Shown: positions 20,654-29,571 of the stretch, piece after piece
Numbering within the stretch: position 1 is the first letter of the stretch
Layout of the letters: each line of letters opens with the position of its first letter
Assembly: GCA_963821525.1 (NCBI GenBank)
Contig: CAWGED010000019.1
Coordinates: forward strand, 992,001 to 1,056,000
Direction: 5' to 3'
Length of the DNA stretch: 64,000 nt
Origin: an uncultured Gemmatimonadales bacterium
Lineage (GTDB): Bacteria; Gemmatimonadota; Gemmatimonadetes; Gemmatimonadales; GWC2-71-9
The notes under the pieces: model-generated
What the model was told of the DNA's origin: nothing
Seen by the model: only the letters and a program-made list of their open reading frames with translations
Database searches by the model: none
Program-made: the position numbers and the translations under genes

Positions 20654-21388
20654 TCACAGCATCAGGTGAGCGAGCTCCTTTCCCTCCGGCGCAGCTGAAG
20701 AGGATCCCATCGGCTCCAGCGTCAGCGCCGCTCCCATCACCTGTCCGCCGCTCGGCGGCATCGGCAGGGTGAGAAACGCCGGGGTGCGTTCCCCGGTCTT
20801 CACCTCGACGCCACGAACCATTCCGGTTTCGGTGATGAACCAGAACTGGCACATCTGTCCCGGTTGCGGCGCGGGAAGGCCGTAGACCACGACATTCCAG
20901 CGGTGGGTGCGCTCATCGGCAAAGATGACCATGCCACCCTCCTGCGCTCCCATGCGGATGCTGGCGTGCCGGACCAGGCTGGCCGTGCGCATGATCTCCA
21001 GAGTGTCGCGCGCCATCTCGAGCTGATGGGAGAGGTTAGCCCTGGCCTCCTCGGTAGTTCGCTCTGCGGACCGAACCCGCGATGTGGCCCAAGTCCAGGC
21101 GCCGACAGCGAGAACCAGCGAGGCGGCCGCCGCCAGAAGGGGGGCAAAGCTCCTCCGAGGCCTGATACCTAGCGCGGACTCGACCAGGCGTCGCTTCAGC
21201 TCCGGCCGCGGCGTCACCGGCGTGGTCCCCAGCGGAAGCCAGGCCAGTTCCTGTTCGATCTGGTGAATCGCCTCGCGGCAATCCTCGCAACCCTCCAGGT
21301 GAGCGCGGAAGGTCGATTCCTCTTCCGCTTCCAGGCTTCGGACGACGAAGGATGTCCGATGCTCCACGAACCAATCATGCGCGCTCAT
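20654..21388 (-). CDS. Anti-sigma factor (ZAS domain, TM, RskA-like C-terminus)
   Basis: HLEGCEDC (HxxxCxxC), TM helix, C-terminal QFWFI...ALTLEP..SSAAPEG. Confidence 0.82.
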   Translation of the reverse strand: MSAHDWFVEHRTSFVVRSLEAEEESTFRAHLEGCEDCREAIHQIEQELAWLPLGTTPVTPRPELKRRLVESALGIRPRRSFAPLLAAAASLVLAVGAWTWATSRVRSAERTTEEARANLSHQLEMARDTLEIMRTASLVRHASIRMGAQEGGMVIFADERTHRWNVVVYGLPAPQPGQMCQFWFITETGMVRGVEVKTGERTPAFLTLPMPPSGGQVMGAALTLEPMGSSSAAPEGKELAHLML

Positions 21389-22023
21389 ACGACCCAGTCT
21401 TTGATGGATGCCAGAGATACCCGCAGCTTATCGAACGCCAGACGCAGGCGCGTCTTGACTGTGCCCAGTGGAATGCCGAGCCGTGCGGCGATTTCGGAAT
21501 GCGTGAGACCTTCGAAATAGGCCAGCTGGACAACGGCGGCTTGTTCTTCGGTGAGCCCCCGAAGGGCCTGGTGAACCGATTCGTGGACGTGCCAGCCCGG
21601 CATCGCGGCTTCATTCGGCTCGACCGGCCGGGTCCAGCCCTCACCCGCCTCTCCAAACGCGCGGTAGCGCTCGATCTTCCCGACCTGACGCTTCCGCCGC
21701 CTTAGCCGGTCTATGGCCCGGTTTCTGGTGATGCGGAGGATCCAGGCCATCAACCCGCCTTCCGCGCCGTCGTACAGATCCACCCGGCGCCACACGATGT
21801 TGAAGGCTTCCTGAACGACTTCCTCCGCTTCGTCTCGATCACTGAGCATGCCGTAGGCAACGCCGAGCAGCCACGGGGTAGCGAGATCAACCAGCTCTAC
21901 GAGTGCCTGTTCGTCTCGCGCCAGCAGCCGATTGTAGAGGGAGGTCTCCTGCGCGCGGGAAAGCAACCCACGGCTGGGCTGTCCCGGATTGGGAGAACGA
22001 TCGGACGGGAATGAGCGCGGCAC
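21385..22023 (-). CDS. ECF RNA polymerase sigma factor (SigK-like)
   Basis: AEEVVQEAF, WILRITRNRAIDRLR, LAYFEGLTHSEIA, GTVKTRLR; start uncertain. Confidence 0.9.
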   Translation of the reverse strand: MPRSFPSDRSPNPGQPSRGLLSRAQETSLYNRLLARDEQALVELVDLATPWLLGVAYGMLSDRDEAEEVVQEAFNIVWRRVDLYDGAEGGLMAWILRITRNRAIDRLRRRKRQVGKIERYRAFGEAGEGWTRPVEPNEAAMPGWHVHESVHQALRGLTEEQAAVVQLAYFEGLTHSEIAARLGIPLGTVKTRLRLAFDKLRVSLASIKDWVV

Positions 22024-22155
22024 CTGCGATGGCTGTCAGGTGGCGATGGCGGGACGAAACATCATGGCCTCCTCGGCACTGTAAGGTACACCAGATTGGG
22101 GCTGTACTCTTTCACAACGCCGGGAGGCCGGGTTTGGTTCTAGCTTGCCACTTGC

Positions 22156-22185
22156 TTGACGCCCGGACGGACCGGCCGCTATAAA
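22156..22185 (+). promoter_or_regulatory. Sigma70-type promoter immediately before the leader ORF (probably a leaderless mRNA)
   Basis: TTGACG-18 nt-TATAAA; ATG 8 nt downstream with no SD. Confidence 0.6.
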
Positions 22186-22193
22186 TCGGCCCC

Positions 22194-22544
22194 ATGGCCG
22201 GCCGCCGCCCGAGTTCGCTGGGATCTTTGCTCGCCGCTGTTCTGATACTTGGAACGGCGGTAGTCCCGTCATCCATGGCGGTTGTGGCGGCCATCGGGAG
22301 GGTTCCATCCGGCCATCATCATGGGGAAAGTCACTCTCCCGGCAAGAGCCCTCCCGCGAGTTGCTGTGATCTATGCTGGACCGCGTGCGGCACCGCCCCT
22401 GGAGCCTCGCCCCAAGCTGCGCTGCCCAGGGTGCTGCTCACCGGCACGCTGCGCTCCCCGATTCCCGCCGTAGGCCTTCTCGCAGCGCTGACGGTCGCTC
22501 ACCGTCTCCCCTTCGCACAAGGTCCTCCGCGCTTCCTGTCGTGA
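22194..22544 (+). CDS. DUF2946/CruR-like His/Cys-rich leader peptide with a C-terminal QGPP arrest-like motif
   Basis: N-terminal hydrophobic helix, GHHHGESH, CCDLCWTAC, ends LPFAQGPPRFLS, 44 nt upstream of a TonB-dependent receptor. Confidence 0.75.
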   Translation: MAGRRPSSLGSLLAAVLILGTAVVPSSMAVVAAIGRVPSGHHHGESHSPGKSPPASCCDLCWTACGTAPGASPQAALPRVLLTGTLRSPIPAVGLLAALTVAHRLPFAQGPPRFLS

Positions 22545-22588
22545 TCTGAGATCGCCAAAACGTCTCGTTCCTCACAACAGGAGCTCGC
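22529..22588 (+). promoter_or_regulatory. RBS-sequestering hairpin between the leader ORF and the TonB-dependent receptor
   Basis: TTCCTGTCGTGA (22533-22544) pairs with TCACAACAGGAG (22572-22583, contains the AGGAG SD) at 11 of 12 positions; inner stem GAGA(T)CG/CGTCTC. Confidence 0.65.
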
Positions 22589-24597
22589 ATGTACGTCCGT
22601 ATGGCGGTCCTGGCGCTCGCGCTGGGGCCGGCGGTGTTGGGCGCACAACAGCCCGCCGATAGCGCCAAAACCGATACCACTCGGGCCAAGGCCGACACGA
22701 CTCACCCCAGGGAGTTGCAGGAAATCACGGTGACGGCGGCGCCGGTAAAGCGCGACCGCCCGTTGGGGAGCGTGACTATTACCCCGGCGATCATTCAGCA
22801 AACCCCTTCGATCAATACCGTGGACCTCCTCCGGCAGACCGCGGGAGTCGAGGCGCATGATCAGGGACAGGGCCCTGGATTCGCGTCGGACCTGGCCATC
22901 CGGGGCTTCAGCTCCGACCACTCGACCGACATGGCGCTCTGGATCGACGGCGTCCCGATCAACGAGCCGGTTAACGGGCACGCCGAGGGATACAACGACT
23001 GGAGCCTGTTGATGCCCCAGTCGGTGCGGCAGATGGACGTTTACAAGGGCCCGACCAGTGCGCTGTACGGGAACTTCGCGCTGGCCGGGACCGTCAACGT
23101 TCGGACCCTTGAGCGTATGCAGGGGAGCGACTTGTCCATTCAGGGTGGCTCCTACGGCCACGTCGAGGCGTCCGCCTTGACCGGTGTGGACCACGACCGT
23201 ACCGGGGCGGTCTTTGGTATTCGCGGGGTGACCGAGACCGGCTGGCGGCCCCACAGCGAATACAATCTGGGCCAAGGTCACGCCCGGGTCGTACACGACC
23301 TCTCGAGCAGCACCAGCCTCGACGCCGGGATCGAGCTGTATGCCGCCGGGTGGAATTCGCCGGGATTCATCACCGCCTGCAGGAGTATCAGGCGGGAGAC
23401 TTCGACGAAATCGCCAATCCGACCGACGGCGGGTTCAAGCACCACGGCCAGGAGCGCGTGAGCCTCAGGGTGCTGAGCGGCTCCTCCATGATCTGGCGGA
23501 GCACCCTCTATGCCACTCAGGGCCGCTGGCAGCTGTTCCTCACCACGCCACCGGAGGGAGGCAGCACTGAAGGGAGCGGCAGTCAGGTAGAGGAGGAAGA
23601 CCACCGCTACGGCTTCGGTGCCAACTCAGCGCTTACCTGGACCCTCCAGAAAGGAGAGGTCACGGTGGGTGTTGAGGGTCGCTGGGACCACTCTCACTAC
23701 GAGAACTACTTCACGAGCTCCCGTTCTCGAGACTCGAGCCAGGTGCTGGTGACGGCCCGCCAGGCTTCCGGAGCGGTATTCCTTGAGTCCACCTATGAGG
23801 CGGTCCAGCGACTGTCCCTCACGATCGGCGGGCGCTACGAGGCACAAGGCACCGAGTCCACTCCCGACGGGGGGAGCACCGCGAGTGACACGAAGGGCGT
23901 GTTCGTCCCCAAGTTCGGCGCGCTCTACCGCCTTCCTGGCTTCGGTGGGCTGTATGCGAACGTGTCCCGCGGCTATCGCCGGAGCGACGGAGTCATCGAG
24001 GACCCACGGTACCGTTCATCACCGCGTGGGCCTACGAAGGCGGAGTGAAAATGGACCTCCAGCGGGTCACTGCGAGCGCCGCGCTGTTCCAGGTGGACGT
24101 CAGCAACGAGCAGACCTTCGACCCGATCACGCTGTCCTCGACCAGCGGAGGCGCAGAGCCGGAGGAAGGGGATCGAGCTGGGACTTCAGGCCCAGGTGAC
24201 CCCGGGGTTGAGCGTCTCAGGAGACTTCACGGCGGTGGACGCCAAGTACAAGAGCCTGATCACGGAGGAAGGGGACACCCTTTCGGGAACCCGCATTTTC
24301 AACACGGCGAGGTTCGTTGGATCGTTTGCCGTCGCCGTTGCGCCACCCAGTTCGTTCTGGAATTTCAGGGTCAGCTCCAACCTGGTGGGACCCTACACGC
24401 CGTTCGATGAGCCCGGAGTGGAGTTGACCACTTACGCCCTGCTGCACTTCAGTGGCGGAGTGCGGTTCGGACACACGCTCCTGAGCATCGGCGTCAGAAA
24501 TGTCCTGAACGATGCCTATCCGGAGCTCCGCGCCGGAGGATTCATCTCGCCGGGCCAGCCCCGCTCAGTCTACGGGACAGCCCGGTATGTCTTTTAG
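22589..24597 (+). CDS. TonB-dependent receptor; three apparent frameshifts (about 23377, 24006, 24155)
   Basis: Signal peptide, TonB box EITVTA, plug DLLRQTAGV...IRGF...IDGVPIN...KGPTSALYGNFALAGTVN; barrel continues across ORFs 23350, 24045, 24196; ends RNVLN...PGQPRSVYGTARYVF. Confidence 0.9.
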
Positions 24598-25736
24598 GAA
24601 GACAGTCGCCGTGCCGCCTCGCTCAGCACAGGTTCGGTTTTGCAAAAGGCGAACCGCACCAAGTGCCGTCCCAGTTCGGGACGGCTGAAGAAACTGGAAC
24701 CCGGCACACTGGCGACGCCCTTTTCGACGACCAATTGGCGTGCGAATTCAGTGTCCGAGAGGTCGGAGAGGGCCGAGAAATCGCACAGGATGTAGTACGC
24801 ACCCTCGGGACGTACGGATTTGAAGCCCGCCCTGTTCAAACCGTTCCACAGCAGCTCTCTCCTCCGGCGATAGTCGGCGGCGAGTCCATGGTAGTACTCC
24901 GGTCCAAGCGTCTCCATCGCGACAGCCAGCGCCTCCTGTAAAGGGGCTGGAGCACCGACCGTGAGAAAATCGTGAACCTTGCGGATGGCATCCGTCACGC
25001 CGGCCGGGGCCATGATGGTCCCGATCCGCCAGCCGGTAATGCTGAAGGTCTTGGAGGCACCGCTGATAGTCACGGTACGCTCCCTCATTCCGGGCAGGGT
25101 AGCGAGCGGGATGTGTTTGCCTTCGTAGAGGATGTGCTCATAGATCTCGTCGGTCACCGCCCAGGCTTTGAAGCGTTCGCAGAGACGGGCAATGCCCTCG
25201 AGTTCGCTGCTCGTGAGCACCCGTCCCGTGGGATTGGCCGGGGTGTTGACCACGATGGCACGCGTTCGATCGGTAAACGCAGCGGCCAGCCGTTCGAGGT
25301 CGAGCGCCTGCCCCGGGGCCTGGCTGACGAAGACTGGTCGCGCATCGCAGAGAATCGCATCCGGCCCGTAGTTCTCGTAGAAAGGCTCGAAGACGATGAC
25401 CTCGTCACCAGGGTCTACGATGGCCATGAGGGTCGCGGCCATGGCCTCGGTGGCTCCACAGGTGACCGTGATCTCTGCTTCGGGATCCACGGAGAGCCCA
25501 TACCAGTCGCTGTACTTCTTGGCGAGCGCTTCCCGGAGACGCCGTGCACCCCAGGTAATGGCGTACTGGTTCACGTTGTCCCGGATGGCGCGAGCGGCGG
25601 CTTCCTTCAAGAGCTCGGGCGCCGGAAAGTCAGGGAACCCCTGAGCCAGATTGATGGCTCCGTGCTGGTTGGCGAGACGGGTCATGCCGCGAATCACCGA
25701 CTCGCGGAAGCCGATCGTTCGGCGGGCTATATGCAT
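24594..25736 (-). CDS. PLP-dependent aminotransferase class I/II (YbdL/kynurenine aminotransferase-like)
   Basis: INLAQGFPDF, NTPANPTG, TDEIYEH, SKTFSITGWRIG, VRFAFCK. Confidence 0.92.
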   Translation of the reverse strand: MHIARRTIGFRESVIRGMTRLANQHGAINLAQGFPDFPAPELLKEAAARAIRDNVNQYAITWGARRLREALAKKYSDWYGLSVDPEAEITVTCGATEAMAATLMAIVDPGDEVIVFEPFYENYGPDAILCDARPVFVSQAPGQALDLERLAAAFTDRTRAIVVNTPANPTGRVLTSSELEGIARLCERFKAWAVTDEIYEHILYEGKHIPLATLPGMRERTVTISGASKTFSITGWRIGTIMAPAGVTDAIRKVHDFLTVGAPAPLQEALAVAMETLGPEYYHGLAADYRRRRELLWNGLNRAGFKSVRPEGAYYILCDFSALSDLSDTEFARQLVVEKGVASVPGSSFFSRPELGRHLVRFAFCKTEPVLSEAARRLSS

Positions 25737-25771
25737 GGGTGATAGTTTAGGCGATCCCCTTCGGAGGTACC

Positions 25772-26179
25772 ATGCCACCGGCCGAGCCCAGGCCCGCCCG
25801 CACCGCCCGGATTCTCTACCTCGGCCTGCTGGCGGGACCCCTGTTGTTTGCCGGCGTGGCCCTGGCGTTGCTTCCCCCTCAGACCCCGCTGGATCAACCG
25901 ATCCTGCTTTACACGCCGTTTGCGCTTGCCGCGGTGCTGTTCGCCGGTGGACTGATCATCCGGACTCGAATTCCCCAGCGCACGACCGCCCAGTCCGAGG
26001 AGGAATGGTGGCGGGTCAACCTCCCGCGCGCTCTCATGGTGTGGAGTCTCTTCGAGGGCCCCGCCCTGTTTGGCGGCGCGATGTATCTCACCCTGGGCAC
26101 AGTAGTACCGCTGCTGGTGACGGGAGTCGGACTGGTGATGCTTCTGCTCAATTCCCCCAATCGACTGATCGAGGGTTGA
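25772..26179 (+). CDS. Hypothetical membrane protein (about 4 TM)
   Basis: GGAGG SD, four hydrophobic segments, TGATG overlap with the next start. Confidence 0.7.
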   Translation: MPPAEPRPARTARILYLGLLAGPLLFAGVALALLPPQTPLDQPILLYTPFALAAVLFAGGLIIRTRIPQRTTAQSEEEWWRVNLPRALMVWSLFEGPALFGGAMYLTLGTVVPLLVTGVGLVMLLLNSPNRLIEG

Positions 26180-26379
26180 TGCGCATCGTTTCATTGTTGC
26201 CGGCGGGGACAGAGATCGTCGCGGCACTCGGATGCGAGACTCTGCTGGTCGGCATCGGCCACGAAGTTCGTCCTACGCGGCGACCCGATGACCTCGCCTC
26301 GCCAAGTCGTCGAGATCTGCACAGTCTGGCCCGGGCTCACCGGCTAGGCGGGTCCATGCAGTGCGCCTCCGCGCCTTAG
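26179..26379 (+). pseudogene. N-terminal fragment of a BtuF/cobalamin-binding-like periplasmic binding protein
   Basis: MRIVSLLPAGTEIVAALG...LVGIGHE matches the family N-terminus; similarity stops after about 29 codons and the ORF ends at 26379. Confidence 0.7.
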
Positions 26380-28157
26380 GGGTGAGCTGTCCCGATGGTG
26401 AATGATCGTCAACCCACATGGTCTGGGTGACCGGAGATCCCACCCCGATGTACGGCGCGATCAGGAACTGATTGAACTTCATCGTCGAGTGGATCCCGGT
26501 CCGGAACAACACGTTCTGGTGGTCGATCAGCAGTTGCCCATCGAACCAGTACTGGGCGATCCCGTTCAATTGCCCCTTCCCGCCCTGAATCGTATTCAGC
26601 TGGAAATAGGCCTCGACGTGATGCCAGTCGTTCTTGTATCCCGGACCCGGCGCAGGCTGTGAACGCGGGCTGGCTGCCTTCCATTGCTTGCCGTTCCGCC
26701 ATTCGGTGCCGGATTGGTAGCAGTCCGTCGCATAGCCGTCGGTGTCGCCGTTGCACCCGCCGCGGCGCGATTCTCGGTGATCAGTGACAGGTCCTGATTC
26801 AGTCTCGCGGCGTCGATATTGAGCGCGTCCTGCATCGCCAGGATCGGGACCCCGCCGTTCTGGTAGTTATGCTCGACATAGGTCGTCAGATGGGTGGCCG
26901 AAGGTCCGATGTACTGGCCATCCTCGTCGGTGATGAACTGGAACTCATGGGGATGATAGCTCACCCCGGATCCCACCCAGTTGGAGCTGTACTTCACCCA
27001 GTAGCTCAGGTACACGGTCTCGGTGGGGGTGAAGCGGACCGCATCGAGCCGCCGAAAGTCGGCGTTGACGACCCCTGGTTGAACGTCGCCTCGAGAGACT
27101 TGGTGCCGCCCGGCCGGTGCTCCGCCGTCGGTGATCGTGAGGTTGGTGTTGTCATACCAGCCACGCGCCGCAAAGCCGGTGTCCTCGAAGCCCTCCTGCA
27201 CGAGCGTAGTCGGCGGAGGAGGTGGCGGCGGAGGCGGAGGTGGCGGCGCTGAAGTCGTGTCCCGCATCACGACGGCGGCCGAATCGCCGATCGTGCTGCC
27301 TGAGAGCAATAGCGCGCACCACGAAATTGCCGCCAGTCGGTCCCGCGATATAGGTGCCGGTGGTCGACACGGTGCCGCCGGTTGAACTCCAGACCACCGT
27401 TACCGGGCGGGAGACCGAGTCGGACCACTGTCCCTGCGCCACAAAGTCCGGCTCGCACCGGGATCGAGGGTCACGCTAGCTGGAGTGACATCAAGAGAGA
27501 CCACTGCGGGGACGGAGGGGAGGTTGAGTCCCGTATCTCCACTGTGGCTGAATCACCAATCGAAGTGCCGACGCAAAGGCCCGCACTACGAAATTGCCGA
27601 CGGTCGGGCCTGCAGTGTAGGAACCGCTGTTCGAGACGGTGCCGCCCGTCGAGCTCCACAGGACGGTCACCGGACGCGCGACCGAATCCGACCATTGTCC
27701 CACGGCTGCGAAGGTCTTCTTCTCGCCCGGACTGAGCGTCACGGTCGCGGGGGTGACATCGAGCGAGTTCAGGTGTGGTGTCGGAGGCGGAGGTGGAGGC
27801 GCACCGCTGGAGTCGACCGTCACCACGGCCGAGTCGCCGTAGCCACCGCCCTGAAAGACCGCGCGCACCACGTAGGTCCCCGGCGTCGGCCGAGGCCGTG
27901 TAGGTGCCGTTGGCGGCCATGGAGCCGCCGGATACTGTCCAGGTAACCGGCACCGTCCCATGACTGCCGTCGCTCCAGAAGCCCTGTGCAGCGAAGACCT
28001 GACTGGTGTTCGGCGCCATGGTCACGCTGGTCGGTGTGACTTCGATCGACGTGAGCTCGGCAGGATCGAGACCGCCGGACTTGGCAGGAACAGAACAGGC
28101 AAGAAGCGAGAGCGAGGCCGCGCGGGTGAGGAGCCCGACGTGACGGGTCAACGTCAT
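26376..28157 (-). CDS. Lipoprotein with three Ig-like (Big_2-like) repeats, polyproline linkers and a C-terminal jelly-roll / polysaccharide-lyase-like domain; many frameshifts
   Basis: Lipobox SLLAC; repeats (I/L)(E/D)VTP..VT...WSD...VxWxxxGG...YxA; P-rich linkers; VYLSYWVKY, QYWFDG, FNQFLIAPYIG, MWVDD; stitched from several ORFs. Confidence 0.7.
27211..27247 (-). repeat. Polyproline-coding tract (12 Pro)
   Basis: Run of CCN codons giving SAPPPPPPPPPPPPTT. Confidence 0.9.
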
Positions 28158-28230
28158 GGACCTATCCAGAGTAAGCGTAGGCAGCCCAGCCGTTTTCCCG
28201 TCCACCACCACCGCCCCTGGGAGCGACGTA

Positions 28231-28259
28231 ATGATGCTAGGCGCTGCTGCAGATGTCAA
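28231..28259 (-). promoter_or_regulatory. Sigma70-type promoter for the Ig-repeat lipoprotein, with an AT-rich upstream region
   Basis: Minus strand TTGACA-17 nt-CATCAT. Confidence 0.55.
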
Positions 28260-28498
28260 TGTTAAATACAGTACACCGAGTCTAATAATTCTGTTGAGCA
28301 TTGGTCAAACTGCTGATTTGATTGTGATTACAAGCACATAGAGATTTTCAGGCAAGTAGCTACTGACTGGTTTTATGACGGTATGGCATTCCCGGAAATG
28401 AGGCTGATTCCCGCGCTGGGCCTCGACCCGCCTAGACAAAGCCTCAAGCGCCACCAGATTAGCCGCCCTGTCTTTCGCCGAGAGAGGTAGAACCTCGA

Positions 28499-29566
28499 AT
28501 GGATCAGCACCAGCTCACGTTCCTCAGGACCCTGCTCGATTCGCCAGGGCCGTCATCCTTCGAAACCCTGCCCTCCCGAGTCTGGCGCGACGAAGCCGAA
28601 CGCTTTGCCGATCGCGTGAGCGCGGACGTCAGCGGCAATTCCTTCGCGGTGATCAACCCGGAGGGCTCCCCCCGAATCATGCTCGCCGGCCACATCGATG
28701 AGATTGGGGTAATGGTCACCTACATCGATGAAGATGGATACCTGAGTTTCGAGGGAATCGGCGGGTGGGACCATCAGGTCTTCGTGGGACAGCGGGTCTT
28801 CCTGCTCGGTCGCGACGGCCCGGTACCGGGCGTCATCGGGAAACGCGCCATTCACCTCATGCAGAAGGACGACCGGGACAAGGTCTCCAAACCCGAGGAC
28901 CTGTGGATCGACATCGGGGCTTCGAGCCGCGCCGAGGCGCAGAGCCGCGTGCGGGTCGGCGATGCCGGCGTCCTCGCCTCGAGTGTAATGGAGTTTCCCA
29001 ACGGCCGGATCGTCAGCCGGTCGCTCGACAATCGAGTGGGTGCTTTCGTCGTGCTCGAGGCGCTGCGACTCCTCTCGGCGAAGCGTCCGACGGCATCAGT
29101 TACGGCCGTCGCTACCACTCGAGAAGAAATCGCGTATACCGGAGGCGGCGCCCGAACCTCCGCAACAGGACTACTGGCCGACGTCGCTCTCGTGGTCGAC
29201 GTGACTCACGCAACCGATTATCCGGGATTGGAGAAACGGAAACACGGCGACTATCGACTCGGGGGAGGAGCGGTCTTCACCCGCGGGGCCTCGATGAATC
29301 CGGTTCTCTTGGAGCTGCTCATAGCCGAAGCGGAAGCCGAAGGGATTCCCTACACGCTTGAGGCGGCGCCTCGGGAAACCAGGACCGACGCCGACTCGAT
29401 CTTCACGGCCCACCGGGGTGTGGCAACCGCGCTGGTGTCGGTCCCCCTTCGTTACATGCACAGCCCGAACGAGATGGTCTCTCTGGAGGATCTGGAGCGC
29501 GCGGCGCGGGTGCTGGCGGGTGTAGCTCGGAGAATCGGACCGTCTACCGACCTGATCCCCCGCTGA
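28499..29566 (+). CDS. M42 family metallopeptidase
   Basis: LAGHIDEIG, SLDNRVG, TREEI, VDVTHA, PLRYMHSP. Confidence 0.92.
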   Translation: MDQHQLTFLRTLLDSPGPSSFETLPSRVWRDEAERFADRVSADVSGNSFAVINPEGSPRIMLAGHIDEIGVMVTYIDEDGYLSFEGIGGWDHQVFVGQRVFLLGRDGPVPGVIGKRAIHLMQKDDRDKVSKPEDLWIDIGASSRAEAQSRVRVGDAGVLASSVMEFPNGRIVSRSLDNRVGAFVVLEALRLLSAKRPTASVTAVATTREEIAYTGGGARTSATGLLADVALVVDVTHATDYPGLEKRKHGDYRLGGGAVFTRGASMNPVLLELLIAEAEAEGIPYTLEAAPRETRTDADSIFTAHRGVATALVSVPLRYMHSPNEMVSLEDLERAARVLAGVARRIGPSTDLIPR

Positions 29567-29571
29567 GGGAA

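Noticed and set aside
28160..28498. AT-rich intergenic stretch as a mobile element or sRNA
   Set aside because: No terminal repeats, integrase or terminator; adequately explained as divergent promoters
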